Shown in pieces: positions 25,160-34,337 of a DNA stretch of 64,000 bases; positions within the stretch are counted from its first letter, which is position 1; the number at the start of each line of letters is the position of its first letter. A model generated the notes under the pieces. It was not told where the DNA came from. It saw only the letters and a program-made list of their open reading frames with translations, and did no database searches. The position numbers were made by a program, and so were the translations under genes. This DNA is from a virus (taxonomy: Duplodnaviria; Caudoviricetes): IMG/VR virus record IMGVR_UViG_2795386114_000004, positions 4,641 to 68,640 of that record. One strand, written 5' to 3'.

Positions 25160-25563
25160 ACCTCATCGAGGCCCCGGAGACCGACCTGTTGTGGCAGGGT
25201 CTGGTCATCGCCCACGAATCCGGCTGCCGGTGGATCGCGGTCCGCATGCTGTTCAACCACCGCCTCGTCTGCGTACCCGACGACGGCTCCGGCGCCGCGG
25301 CGTACGGCTGGTGCTACCGCACCCTGGCCGCGCTCATCGCTTCCGCCGCCGTGTTCGAGCCGAGCACGCAGGACGAGCCGCTCGGCTGGCACAAGCGCGC
25401 CGGCGCCGACGTCCGCCGGGCACCGAACCGCGACAACGACCCGGAGTACAACCGGCCGCGCTGCGTCCACGGCAGCTACCTCGGCGCCGACCTCTGCGAC
25501 CATGCCGACGTCTGCCCCGAGATCCTCGGGCACGCCCCACGCAGCCCGGCGAGCCCGCGATGA
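25156..25563 (+). CDS. Hypothetical phage protein
   Basis: GTGA coupling; MLFNHRL..YGWCY..EPLGWHK. Confidence 0.7.
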   Translation: MNLIEAPETDLLWQGLVIAHESGCRWIAVRMLFNHRLVCVPDDGSGAAAYGWCYRTLAALIASAAVFEPSTQDEPLGWHKRAGADVRRAPNRDNDPEYNRPRCVHGSYLGADLCDHADVCPEILGHAPRSPASPR

Positions 25564-25874
25564 GCGCCCAGGGAACGGAGGTCGCCGACTGGCGCACAGG
25601 CGTGGTGCGCCAGTGCGCCGACCTGTGCGACACCTGCATCTACCGGCCCGGCAACCTGGCACTCCTGGCGCCCGGCCGCGTCCAGGAGATGACCCGTGCG
25701 GCCGTCGCTGCTGAAGGGCACGTCGTCTGCCACGCCACCATCGGCAGCCCCGCTCCCGCCATCTGTGCCGGGTTCGCACGTCACCCGATCGGCGCCCACC
25801 GCTCCCTGGCACTGCGCATGGTGCGTGCAGGCGGCGCCGTACTCCAGCTCGTCACCCCACCCGGTAAGACCTGA
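25560..25874 (+). CDS. Cys-rich hypothetical protein
   Basis: CDTCIYRPGN...VVCHAT...AICAGF. Confidence 0.7.
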   Translation: MSAQGTEVADWRTGVVRQCADLCDTCIYRPGNLALLAPGRVQEMTRAAVAAEGHVVCHATIGSPAPAICAGFARHPIGAHRSLALRMVRAGGAVLQLVTPPGKT

Positions 25875-25946
25875 TATCCACTGATCCATTACGAACTCGT
25901 GCGTAACTCCGTACTATCCAGCCACACTTATTGCCTTGGGGGCCCC

Positions 25947-26432
25947 ATGAACCGCACCCTGTCCGCCGTAGCGGCTCTGCTGCTTGCCGTCGGCGTCGGT
26001 GCCTGCTCAAGCGGCAAAGCAGACGAGAAGCCAGCCACGCAGGCTGCCACAGTCCAGGAGACACCAGCGGCCGACACTGAACAGAAGAAGCTGGGGGACG
26101 CCTACACCGACAAGCTGGAAGCAGTGTCGGACGGGGCCGTTGCTGACTGCCAGTCGCCCAGCAGCACGTCGTGTTCCAACGACCTCGGCGCCATCATGAC
26201 CGTCGTCGGCGACCTGGAGGCCGACATCGAGGCCAACGGTGGCGCGGGGGAGTACCCGAAGACCACACAACAGATCGCCAAGATGCGCGCCGCTCAGCAG
26301 GAGTACGAGGACAACGCCTGTGAGGGCGATCCCACTGCCGACGACCCGAACTCCGACTGCTGGGGCGTCACGACTGCGACCGTCGGAGCCACAACTCTCA
26401 CGATGACGCTGCTCACCGACGAGGCGTCCTGA
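25947..26432 (+). CDS. Lipoprotein
   Basis: Signal MNRTLSAVAALLLAVGVGAC with lipobox Cys; four further Cys. Confidence 0.8.
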   Translation: MNRTLSAVAALLLAVGVGACSSGKADEKPATQAATVQETPAADTEQKKLGDAYTDKLEAVSDGAVADCQSPSSTSCSNDLGAIMTVVGDLEADIEANGGAGEYPKTTQQIAKMRAAQQEYEDNACEGDPTADDPNSDCWGVTTATVGATTLTMTLLTDEAS

Positions 26433-26464
26433 AGCTCGACGCCTGCACCAGAGAGGATGAACCC

Positions 26465-26683
26465 ATGACCGCAGAGCGAGTTCGTGTTCGTGTGCTGCTG
26501 TTGTTCGGGGACCAGGCTGAGATCGTCGCCGACGTCCCGCCGGAGGAGCGCGGTGAGCCGGAGCGCTACCCGGCCGCCGAGATCGCCGCGGCGGTCGGCG
26601 TGCCGGTCAGCGACCTGCCCGGCGTACGGCTGACCGCTGAGGCCGGCGAAGACGAGCGCCTGTCCGGATGGCAGCTCGCCTGA
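26465..26683 (+). CDS. Small hypothetical protein
   Basis: GAGG RBS; YPAAEIAAAVGVPVSDLPG. Confidence 0.7.
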   Translation: MTAERVRVRVLLLFGDQAEIVADVPPEERGEPERYPAAEIAAAVGVPVSDLPGVRLTAEAGEDERLSGWQLA

Positions 26684-26739
26684 CTGCTGAAAGGCCCTGA
26701 TTTCACCGGAAGTCGGGACCAATTCCTCGCCCAGAAGTG

Positions 26740-26769
26740 TTGTAAATCAGTGCACGAAGGGGCCATAAT
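26740..26769 (+). promoter_or_regulatory. Sigma70-like promoter
   Basis: TTGTAA-N18-CATAAT upstream of 26845. Confidence 0.5.
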
Positions 26770-26844
26770 AGAGACAGAAGGAACGAGGGGCCGGAAACCC
26801 CGAAACCTTCACCAACCATCACAACTCAAGAGAGGACGGACACT

Positions 26845-27225
26845 ATGTCTGATGAGCGCGAGCGGGAGACCCAGGAACTGGGTAACGCGATCCTCACGAT
26901 CTACACCCTGATCACCCGGGTCTGCGGACTCCTCCCCATCCCGATCAGCCTCCCCGACTTCGAGGAAGACCACCTGGACGGGGCGCAGATGATCGAAGCG
27001 GTCACCCGGATCACAGACCTCGTCGAGGACGAGCCGATCAGCGAAGACCTCCAGGCGGGGATCTGGGGAGGCTGCCTCCACTGGCTCTCAGCGGCCCACC
27101 TGTTCACCCGGTACATGGACACCGGAGAGCGGATCGTGGCCATGGAGATCAGGCTCAACCTGGTGACCGGCGGTGAGGTACTCCACGCAGTGGCTCACAC
27201 GCTGATCGACCAGCAGGACGAGTGA
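26845..27225 (+). CDS. Hypothetical moron protein
   Basis: GAGGA RBS, own promoter and terminator. Confidence 0.7.
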   Translation: MSDERERETQELGNAILTIYTLITRVCGLLPIPISLPDFEEDHLDGAQMIEAVTRITDLVEDEPISEDLQAGIWGGCLHWLSAAHLFTRYMDTGERIVAMEIRLNLVTGGEVLHAVAHTLIDQQDE

Positions 27226-27231
27226 CACACC

Positions 27232-27260
27232 GAGCCCCCCGGCAACCAGCCGGGGGGCTC
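27232..27260 (+). terminator. GC-rich hairpin terminator
   Basis: GAGCCCCCCGGC-AACCA-GCCGGGGGGCTC, perfect 12-bp stem. Confidence 0.7.
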
Positions 27261-27370
27261 ACCCGCAAGACCAAGACGACCGGCAGGGGCCGGGCCGAAG
27301 CCCACAGGCGCCTGCGCCCGCCGGAAAACCCCCACCGGTCACCAACCATCCACGAAGGACGGACACCACC

Positions 27371-27766
27371 ATGGTAGACAGACCGACGGGCGAGACGTAC
27401 GCGGAGATCGCCGCCCGACACGGCCGCGCCGAGACCACCATCCGCAACCAGTGGGCCCGCCACCCCGAATGGCCGAAGCCAATCGGCAAGCGCGGCCGAA
27501 ACCTGATCTTCGATCCGGCCGCCGTCGACAAGGCTATCGCCGAGCACATCGAACGACCCGCCGCCCAGCTGGAGGCGCGCCGCCTCTACACCGCCCGCGA
27601 GATCGAAGCCCTCACGGGGGTCACGGCCGGGACCATCCGCGCCGACCGCAACCGGAGCCGCTGGCCAGCCCCCGACGACGACAGCGGACGCGCGCACCGC
27701 TGGTACGGCGCTACTGTGACCAAGGCTCTCACCGGACGGCGTGGATACCACAAAACGATTCCGTAG
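27371..27766 (+). CDS. Tandem winged-HTH (excisionase/AlpA-like) DNA-binding protein
   Basis: TYAEIAARHGRAETTIRNQW..WPKP and YTAREIEALTGVTAGTIR..WPAP. Confidence 0.75.
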   Translation: MVDRPTGETYAEIAARHGRAETTIRNQWARHPEWPKPIGKRGRNLIFDPAAVDKAIAEHIERPAAQLEARRLYTAREIEALTGVTAGTIRADRNRSRWPAPDDDSGRAHRWYGATVTKALTGRRGYHKTIP

Positions 27767-27927
27767 TCGTGATCGACAAAGCGGACCGCCGAAAGTGTGT
27801 AGCAGCCCCATCGACCCTGCCTCGGGCACCCCTGGCAAGGGCGGCACGGGATCCGAGGGTGTCACCGTTCGGAGGCATCGTCCGCGCGCTGACCGGTTAA
27901 GCCCGGCTTCTTCCCTAATGTGGGGGC

Positions 27928-28149
27928 ATGTTCCTCGCTGTCGAGTATCTCGCTGGCGGTTGCACTGCTCCTGGCTGGTGGACGGCCCTTGGTGCCTTCT
28001 TCATGCTTGCCGGGATCGGCGGACTTGTCGGCGCCTTCATAGAAGGTGATCAGCCCTGGTGTGCCGGTTGCTTTGGGCTGGTGCTCGCCGTGGCAGGCGT
28101 GCTGATGCTGATCAAAACCGTTCCGATCCTGGCCGACGGATGCCCATGA
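27928..28149 (+). CDS. Small membrane protein
   Basis: Two hydrophobic helices; weaker codon bias. Confidence 0.5.
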   Translation: MFLAVEYLAGGCTAPGWWTALGAFFMLAGIGGLVGAFIEGDQPWCAGCFGLVLAVAGVLMLIKTVPILADGCP

Positions 28150-28314
28150 GCAAGTCGGTTACGGGGTCAAGGCGAACCACGCTGCTGCCGAGCTTTCCGG
28201 CCAGACGTACCAGGGGGACGTACACCGCTGGCTGTTAGACGGGGAAGAGGTGACGCCGGTGGGGCCGAAGCGTGCCGCTCTAGGCAGTGTCCTGTCGATC
28301 TCGGCTGTCAGCGG

Positions 28315-28998
28315 TCACACTCCGATGAAGCTCACCGTTTCCGTCATGGCCGCCCGCCCGGTACGCAGCCTCGGCACGCCTTCCTTCTCAAATCCCACTG
28401 AGATGCCGCAGAAGAGCACGAGCCCGTCATCGGCTCCGACTATCTGGCTGACAGTCTTGCGGTACATGGTCCACATCACCTGGGGGCAGCTGTGCAACCC
28501 TTCCGCCCTCAGCAACAGCATGACCGTCTGCAAGTACATCCCCGCATCACCCCACTGGCCGGGCCCCATCGTCCGGTCGAGGTAGCAGAACAAGACGACC
28601 GGCGCCCCGAACGCCTCCGAGTTCAAGGCGGCGATCTTCTGGGGCCGGTCGGGGTCGTTGCGCTCGATTCCCAGGGCTTTGTACCGCTGGGCGGCCGCGG
28701 CGGAGAAACGGTCCAGATACGGCGAGGTCAGTTCGTCCGGGTACATCGGGTACTCCCGCTCATCACCCGGGTCTCCAGCCAGTGCCCTGGCGGTTGCGCG
28801 TCTCTTCAGTTCGGCCAAGGGTTCGCCAGTCACGACATAGACATGCCACGGTTGGAGGTTCCCACTGGACGGAGCCCGCGTCGCTGCGGTCAGCACTCGT
28901 TCGAGTACCTCCCTGGGCACCGGCTCATCGCTGAACGCCCGTACGGCCCGGCGACTGTCCACGGCCTCATACACATCCACGTCTTCGCGTCCTCTCAT
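28315..28998 (-). CDS. Nitroreductase family protein
   Basis: SRRAVRAF, RAPSSGNLQPW, DAGMYLQTVML..GLHSCPQ. Confidence 0.92.
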   Translation of the reverse strand: MRGREDVDVYEAVDSRRAVRAFSDEPVPREVLERVLTAATRAPSSGNLQPWHVYVVTGEPLAELKRRATARALAGDPGDEREYPMYPDELTSPYLDRFSAAAAQRYKALGIERNDPDRPQKIAALNSEAFGAPVVLFCYLDRTMGPGQWGDAGMYLQTVMLLLRAEGLHSCPQVMWTMYRKTVSQIVGADDGLVLFCGISVGFEKEGVPRLRTGRAAMTETVSFIGV

Positions 28999-29093
28999 TC
29001 AACCGGGCCCCTCCACCGTATTCAGCGGTCAGCACCGAGCATCGCCAGAGGCTGGAAGATGTCCCGACGATCAGTCCAGTCGTTGATGGGACT

Positions 29094-29216
29094 GTGGGAG
29101 ACAGAGGTGACTTGACGGATGCTCAGTGGGAATGGCTGGAGCCGCTTCTAGCAGTGAGCAACGGGCGTTGCGGTCGGTGGCGGGGTCACCGCCAGGTCGT
29201 AAACGGGGTGCTTTAG
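29094..29216 (+). pseudogene. IS5-family transposase N-terminal remnant (DUF4096-like)
   Basis: Manual translation RGDLTDAQWEWLEPLLAVSNGRCGRWRGHRQVVNGVL then TAG. Confidence 0.75.
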
Positions 29217-29405
29217 ATGGTGCCTCCGTCACGCTGACGATCGACGTACCGGGCGCCGTACTGCCGAGACCAGTGACGCCGCCCGGATCCTTCGGCCTCC
29301 GGTAAGAATTCCCACCGGGGGTGACGCGCCGGGAATGAAGCCGGAGTACCCGGCGAGTCAGCCGTGAGCCTGAAGAGCGGACCCTGTCACCCCGCCCACC
29401 GAGAG

Positions 29406-29431
29406 GAGCCCCGCCCCTCATGGCGGGGCTC
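29406..29431. terminator. Hairpin terminator downstream of the minus-strand lipoprotein gene
   Basis: GAGCCCCGCC-CCTCAT-GGCGGGGCTC. Confidence 0.65.
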
Positions 29432-29438
29432 GCTCGGG

Positions 29439-29969
29439 TCAGGCCGCGTCAGGGCAGAACGTTGTGCCGGCGTCCACCCACTCCGCATACGCGTCGCCGT
29501 CCTTGCCGTTCCACAGGTCGGTGCCAGCGTTGCCCTTCACGAAGCCCTGCTGGGTGATCGTCCCGGTGAGCAGGTAGTTCTCGCCGTCGGCCGCGTTCAG
29601 GAGCGCGCCGCCGCCGACCGCGTCGCTGCACTCCATCACCACGTCGGACGTCTTCCACGGCCAGCCCTTGCCGTACGACTCGCGGTTCGCGATGACGCTT
29701 TCGTCCAACTGCTTCACCGTGTGACCGGGGAACAGCGCCTTCGCCGTGGTCGAGGGCGTCGCCGCTGGCTCGCTCGGCTCTGTGGTGGTCGGTGCTGCGG
29801 TGGGTGGCTCGACGGTCGGTGTCGGCGGGGCTGGCCTAGGTGAGCTCGGCGAGGGGCTGCTCGCTGGCGAAGTGGTCGGCTTGCCGTCCCCACTGTCGGA
29901 GTTGGAGCCGCAGGCCGCGCACACCGCGGCAACCAAGGCTGTGGCAAGGAGGGTTCTGAGGGGCTTCAC
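29439..29969 (-). CDS. Lipoprotein with Pro/Thr/Ser-rich linker
   Basis: MKPLRTLLATALVAAVCAAC lipobox; C-terminal WPW...C...LLTG domain. Confidence 0.8.
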   Translation of the reverse strand: MKPLRTLLATALVAAVCAACGSNSDSGDGKPTTSPASSPSPSSPRPAPPTPTVEPPTAAPTTTEPSEPAATPSTTAKALFPGHTVKQLDESVIANRESYGKGWPWKTSDVVMECSDAVGGGALLNAADGENYLLTGTITQQGFVKGNAGTDLWNGKDGDAYAEWVDAGTTFCPDAA

Positions 29970-30049
29970 AGCAGCACCATGGCAGCCGCATCACCGGGCG
30001 AACGTGATGTGACCCACCTGTGACGGCACGATCACCGATCTGGAACCAG

Positions 30050-30661
30050 TCAGGGGAGCAGAGGCTTCCGCAACAACCGGCGCACCCACCGCTTGCTCGA
30101 CCACCAGGCGCCCCGATACACCTGCCACCACCTCGGCAGGTACCAGAGGTCATCCCGACAGAGGTCGCCGAATTCCCGCTGGGCATCGGCAACCCTGCTG
30201 ACTGCTGCCTCCACCTCGGCGGGTCTAACGCCCATGTTGAGTTCGAGCACCTTGTTCAGGCGGTCCAGTACGTGATCGGCGGCCTGGAGGGGCGCAGGGT
30301 TGGCGACAAGCCGTAGGTCCAGGTAAGCCCGAAGCACGTCGCTCTGGGCGCTCTGCAGGGCGGCCACCGCTGCGCGCGCGGACTTGTTCGCGGCCCACGG
30401 GCGGTACGAGAGAGACCACCGCCCGTTGCCGAACCAGACGGTGTGCAGATGTTGCTCCAGGTGCACGACGGTGATCGCGCTGTAGGCCTCCGTCACCGCC
30501 TCTTGAAACCGCGCGTACACCTGACGCCGCTCGTCCCTACTCCCAAGCCGAACACCGGACTTGGACTGGAGCTGCTTCGTGACGACGCTCCCGACTGTCT
30601 TCGCCAGAGAGGAAACGCCTACGCTCAATGGATCAACCACATCGCCAGTCTGCACCCTCAA
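30050..30661 (-). CDS. Hypothetical moron protein
   Basis: About 200 aa helical ORF, ERRQVYARF..LRLVAN..CRDDLWY. Confidence 0.7.
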   Translation of the reverse strand: MRVQTGDVVDPLSVGVSSLAKTVGSVVTKQLQSKSGVRLGSRDERRQVYARFQEAVTEAYSAITVVHLEQHLHTVWFGNGRWSLSYRPWAANKSARAAVAALQSAQSDVLRAYLDLRLVANPAPLQAADHVLDRLNKVLELNMGVRPAEVEAAVSRVADAQREFGDLCRDDLWYLPRWWQVYRGAWWSSKRWVRRLLRKPLLP

Positions 30662-30766
30662 CGCCGCCGATACCCCGCACAGTTGCCGATGCCGCAGGAT
30701 GATCTACCAATCTGGGACGAAGTAGTAGGCCACTGGTAGTTCTGGGAGATCGCGCACACTGGCCCA

Positions 30767-30961
30767 GTGAAGACCGAGATCCTGCGCCGTGTCGCCCGTC
30801 GCTGCTCCACGCACGACACCCCCTCGCAGAAGAAGATCCGCGACCTGGAGGTGGAGCTGGGCCTGGAGCCCAGTGCACCCAGCGGAGACCTTGTCGACCA
30901 GTTGGCCGATCCCAACCTCATCGACTGCGGGAAATCCTGGTGCAAGATGCGGCGCGCCTGA
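30767..30961 (+). CDS. Small hypothetical protein (possibly truncated)
   Basis: KIRDLEVELGL; GC3 bias. Confidence 0.4.
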   Translation: MKTEILRRVARRCSTHDTPSQKKIRDLEVELGLEPSAPSGDLVDQLADPNLIDCGKSWCKMRRA

Positions 30962-31024
30962 GAACCGTAGACGGTTGCCCGCTTTCACGCTTTCGAATCC
31001 AAGGCAACCAGGCACACTGAACAC

Positions 31025-31318
31025 GTGAGCACCACCATTCTTGCCCCGCTCGACGACCCCGCCTACACCCCGCAGCACCCGCCCCTCGAGAGCCAGGTGC
31101 CCGACGTCATCACCAACTGGGGGCCCCGCTCGCAGCTCCGCTGGTTCCGGCGCTTCGGCCAGCAGCTCGGCCCACGCAAGGACTGGGACCGCTACTACTG
31201 CCAGTCCGAACACCACCCTGGCCTGTGCTGCTCGTCCTGCGACGACGAGTACGAGGCCGCCACCGGCGTCCGCTTGGACGGCTGGTGCTGCTGCCGAGAC
31301 CAGCGGAGCGCACCATGA
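31025..31318 (+). CDS. Small Cys-rich protein
   Basis: YYCQSEHHPGLCCSSC...WCCC. Confidence 0.6.
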   Translation: MSTTILAPLDDPAYTPQHPPLESQVPDVITNWGPRSQLRWFRRFGQQLGPRKDWDRYYCQSEHHPGLCCSSCDDEYEAATGVRLDGWCCCRDQRSAP

Positions 31319-31533
31319 ACACCCCGCTCGGCCGGGACGGCCGCCCCCTCATCACCACCGACATGGCCGCCTACTCCCTCGGTAAGACCCCCAAGCAGTA
31401 CCGCGACTGGGCACGCCGGCACCGACTCACCCCGGCCGGCTCCCGACCCAACCCCGTGCGCGGCCAGGCCCTCGCCCTGTGGGACCTCGCCGACATTGCT
31501 CAGGCCGTACGCCCCACCACCCCCGCAGCCTGA
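31315..31533 (+). CDS. Small MerR-like HTH protein, candidate late-gene regulator
   Basis: LITTDMAAYSLGKTPKQYRDWARR..LWDLADI; directly before the late promoter. Confidence 0.7.
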   Translation: MNTPLGRDGRPLITTDMAAYSLGKTPKQYRDWARRHRLTPAGSRPNPVRGQALALWDLADIAQAVRPTTPAA

Positions 31534-31561
31534 TCTGTCAACACCCCTGACCAGCAGGTGC

Positions 31562-31590
31562 TTGACAGAAGATCACTGCGCGCTCATTCT
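31562..31590 (+). promoter_or_regulatory. Candidate late-operon promoter
   Basis: TTGACA-N17-CATTCT; the -35 box lies in one arm of the inverted repeat TCTGTCAA...TTGACAGA. Confidence 0.6.
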
Positions 31591-31691
31591 GTGAGACGGT
31601 GGCACCGCTGTCGCGAAGGTCTCAGACCCCCACCATGCCACCCCATCCAGCCCGGCCGCCGCGCCGGGCTTCGCCATGTCGGGAGGTCGGC

Positions 31692-31820
31692 GTGCAGCAG
31701 GCCCGGATCATCCGCTACGCGGCCCTCTTCGGGAAGCACTACGTCTGGGTGCGCCTGCCTGACGGGACACTCGCCCTCCACCCCGACCCACAGCCCCCTG
31801 GCCAGCGCCCCACCCACTGA
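31692..31820 (+). CDS. Small hypothetical protein
   Basis: GGGAGG RBS, 42 aa. Confidence 0.5.
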   Translation: MQQARIIRYAALFGKHYVWVRLPDGTLALHPDPQPPGQRPTH

Positions 31821-31826
31821 CCAGCC

Positions 31827-32153
31827 ATGCCCCAGCTCACCCCGCAGGACATCGCCCGCCGCACCAAGCAGGCCCGCAGCGGCCGCCCCTGGCTACGCCT
31901 CCAGGCCCAGGTCTACGCAGAAGAGACCCACTGCTGGATCTGCCACCGCTGGGTAGACCAGTCCCTGCCCGGCACCACCCACCCCATGGCACGCACCGTG
32001 GACCACGTCCACCCGCTCTGGCTCGGTGGTGACCCACTCGACCGGTCGAACTGCCGACTCGCACACCGACGGTGCAACACCGCGCGAAATAATCAGCTGC
32101 GCGCCGCGCAGCGGCCGCGCCCCACCTTCACCGTCGACGTCTCGGCCCTCTGA
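31827..32153 (+). CDS. Terminase-associated HNH endonuclease
   Basis: CWIC...TVDHVHP...NCRLAHRRCN; upstream of terS. Confidence 0.9.
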   Translation: MPQLTPQDIARRTKQARSGRPWLRLQAQVYAEETHCWICHRWVDQSLPGTTHPMARTVDHVHPLWLGGDPLDRSNCRLAHRRCNTARNNQLRAAQRPRPTFTVDVSAL

Positions 32154-32259
32154 CCCCTGGCCGGCCCCCTGGCCGGCCGCGCTGCGCCCAGACCGCCCCG
32201 CTCATCCTCCCGGCCATGCCCCGCGGCCACCGCTCAGCCGGGCCCACAGGGCCAGCCGG

Positions 32260-32420
32260 AATGTGATCAAGGCTCTGAGCTGCGGAAACGCGTGAAGTTG
32301 ATCAAATGCGGGTTCAAGATCCACTTTTTTTGATCAAGGGGTGGCTGACCCCGCGCCCAACTCAAAAAAATATCCCCCCGCAGAAAAACGGCAGCCGTCT
32401 TCCCGGGGTGGTGATCAAGA
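32260..32420. other. Candidate cos / packaging-initiation region
   Basis: Between HNH and terS; T7 and A7 tracts flank a GC-rich core; four TGATCAA motifs. Confidence 0.55.
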
Positions 32421-32791
32421 TGGAGGTACCCCCTGGACTGGGGGAGCGAGGCCGGCGGATGTGGGAGGAGTCCCTGGCGATCTGGTCTCTGACTCCGGCG
32501 CATCTGGTGCTGCTGGAGGAGGCTTGTCGGGTCGCTGACCGGCTTGACCTTCTGAACACCATGTTGCTCGCGCTCTCCGGGGATGTCAACCCGGATGTCG
32601 CGCAATTCGCTGATATTTCGGGACTGTTGGCGGAGTCTCGGCAGCAATCCAGTGCTCTCAAGTTGCTGTTGGCGGAGATTCGCCAAGGTCAGACGGGTTC
32701 TGTCCCGGCCAAGGAAGAGCCGGCGGGGGGTGTGGGTGTCTCCGACCTCACCAAGCGAATCGCTGACCGCCGCCGCCAGGCCGAGGGTTGA
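32420..32791 (+). CDS. Terminase small subunit
   Basis: PPGLGERGRRMW..LLEEACRVADRLD..LLAESRQQ..LLAEIR; position. Confidence 0.8.
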   Translation: MEVPPGLGERGRRMWEESLAIWSLTPAHLVLLEEACRVADRLDLLNTMLLALSGDVNPDVAQFADISGLLAESRQQSSALKLLLAEIRQGQTGSVPAKEEPAGGVGVSDLTKRIADRRRQAEG

Positions 32792-34265
32792 GGTCCACCC
32801 GCCGTACGCGTACACGCTCGGCGCGGAGGCCTGCACCCTCGCCGCGCGCGCCGGCCTCATCGCGGATCCGTGGCAGCGCGACGCCGTAGACCTGCTGCTG
32901 GCCTGCCGGGACGACGGCAAGTGGGCGTGCTACGAGTACGCCGAGCTCGTAGCACGCCAGAACGGCAAGGGCGGCATCCTCGAAATCCGTGTGCTCGCCG
33001 GGTTCCTGCTCCTGGAAGAGCAGCTGATCCTGTGGTCGGCCCACGAGTACAAGACCTCGATGGAGGCCTTCCGGCGCGTCCGGGCGCTCTTGCGGAAGCT
33101 CGGCAAGCAGGTCGGGAACAACGAGAACCTCATCGAGGTCGACGGTGTCCTGATCAAGATCTCGAACACCAACGGCGAAGAGGGCTTCGAGCGCCTGGAC
33201 ACGGGCGCCCGCATCAAGTTCGTCGCCCGGTCGAAGGGCAGCGGCCGCGGCTTCAGCGGTGATTTGATCATCATTGACGAGGCGTTCGCTTACACGCTGC
33301 TCCAGCAGGACGCGCTCACCCCGACCCTGAGGGCCCGCCCGAACCCGCAGATCATCTACACGTCGTCGCCGCCCCTCGACGGCGCCAGCGGGGACGTGCT
33401 GTACGCGCTGCGCGCGCGAGCCGAAGCAGGCGGGGACGACTCGCTCGGGTACCGCGACTGGGGGGCCGAGGGCGACCTGGACCATCTGGAGAAGGTGGAC
33501 CTTGACGACCGGTGCCTGTGGGCGGCGACCAACCCGGCCTGGGGGCGACGCGTCACCGAGGAAGCCACGCTGCGCGACCGGCGAGGCATGAGCCCAAAGG
33601 GCTTCGCCCGGGAGATCCTCGGCATCTGGCCGCGCCGTTCGCAGGGCAACGCCGTCATCGACCCGCGGCTGTGGGCCACGATGGCCGACGAACACTCCCA
33701 GCGAACGGCCGCCGGCGGCGTTGCGCTCGGCGTCGACATCAGCCCCCTGAGGGACTACGCCGCGGTGTGCGTGTACGGCGTCCGCGCCGACGGCCTCGGT
33801 CACGTGCAGCTCGCCGACTACCGCTCCGGCACGAAGTGGCTGATCCCGCGTCTCGTCGAACTACGCGATGCTCTCGGCCCGATCGCGCTGGCCATGGGCC
33901 GCGGCACCCACGCCTTCCTCGACACCGACCTCAAAGAGGCCGGGTTTCAGTTGCCGGAGGACAAGGATGCGCCCGAGGCTGGCGACCTCGCGGTGACCGG
34001 AGCGATCGAGATGGCGGCCGCCGCGGGCCAGGTCCTCGAAGGCGTACGCGAGCAGGCGTTCCGGTACGTGCCGAACGAGCACCTCGACACCGCGGTGGCC
34101 GGCGCGAAGACCAAGCAGAGCGGGGACACCATCGCGTGGGCGCCGGCCGGATCCGACGTCGAGATCAGTCCGCTGGTCGCCATGTCCGTGGCCCGCTGGG
34201 TCTACGTCAGCCGCTCCTTCCTCCTGGCGGGCCAGCAGTACGACGTCCTCGCCTCGATCTTCTGA
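32736..34265 (+). CDS. Terminase large subunit (start approximate)
   Basis: PWQ, VARQNGK (Walker A), LIIIDEA (Walker B), ALGVDISP nuclease motif. Confidence 0.95.
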   Translation: MSPTSPSESLTAAARPRVEVHPPYAYTLGAEACTLAARAGLIADPWQRDAVDLLLACRDDGKWACYEYAELVARQNGKGGILEIRVLAGFLLLEEQLILWSAHEYKTSMEAFRRVRALLRKLGKQVGNNENLIEVDGVLIKISNTNGEEGFERLDTGARIKFVARSKGSGRGFSGDLIIIDEAFAYTLLQQDALTPTLRARPNPQIIYTSSPPLDGASGDVLYALRARAEAGGDDSLGYRDWGAEGDLDHLEKVDLDDRCLWAATNPAWGRRVTEEATLRDRRGMSPKGFAREILGIWPRRSQGNAVIDPRLWATMADEHSQRTAAGGVALGVDISPLRDYAAVCVYGVRADGLGHVQLADYRSGTKWLIPRLVELRDALGPIALAMGRGTHAFLDTDLKEAGFQLPEDKDAPEAGDLAVTGAIEMAAAAGQVLEGVREQAFRYVPNEHLDTAVAGAKTKQSGDTIAWAPAGSDVEISPLVAMSVARWVYVSRSFLLAGQQYDVLASIF

Positions 34266-34337
34266 CCCCGCAGAACCACAACGGCTCAGCTCCCCAGAAC
34301 ACGGCCAGAGCCACAACGACGCCTGGGAGGGAGCCGC

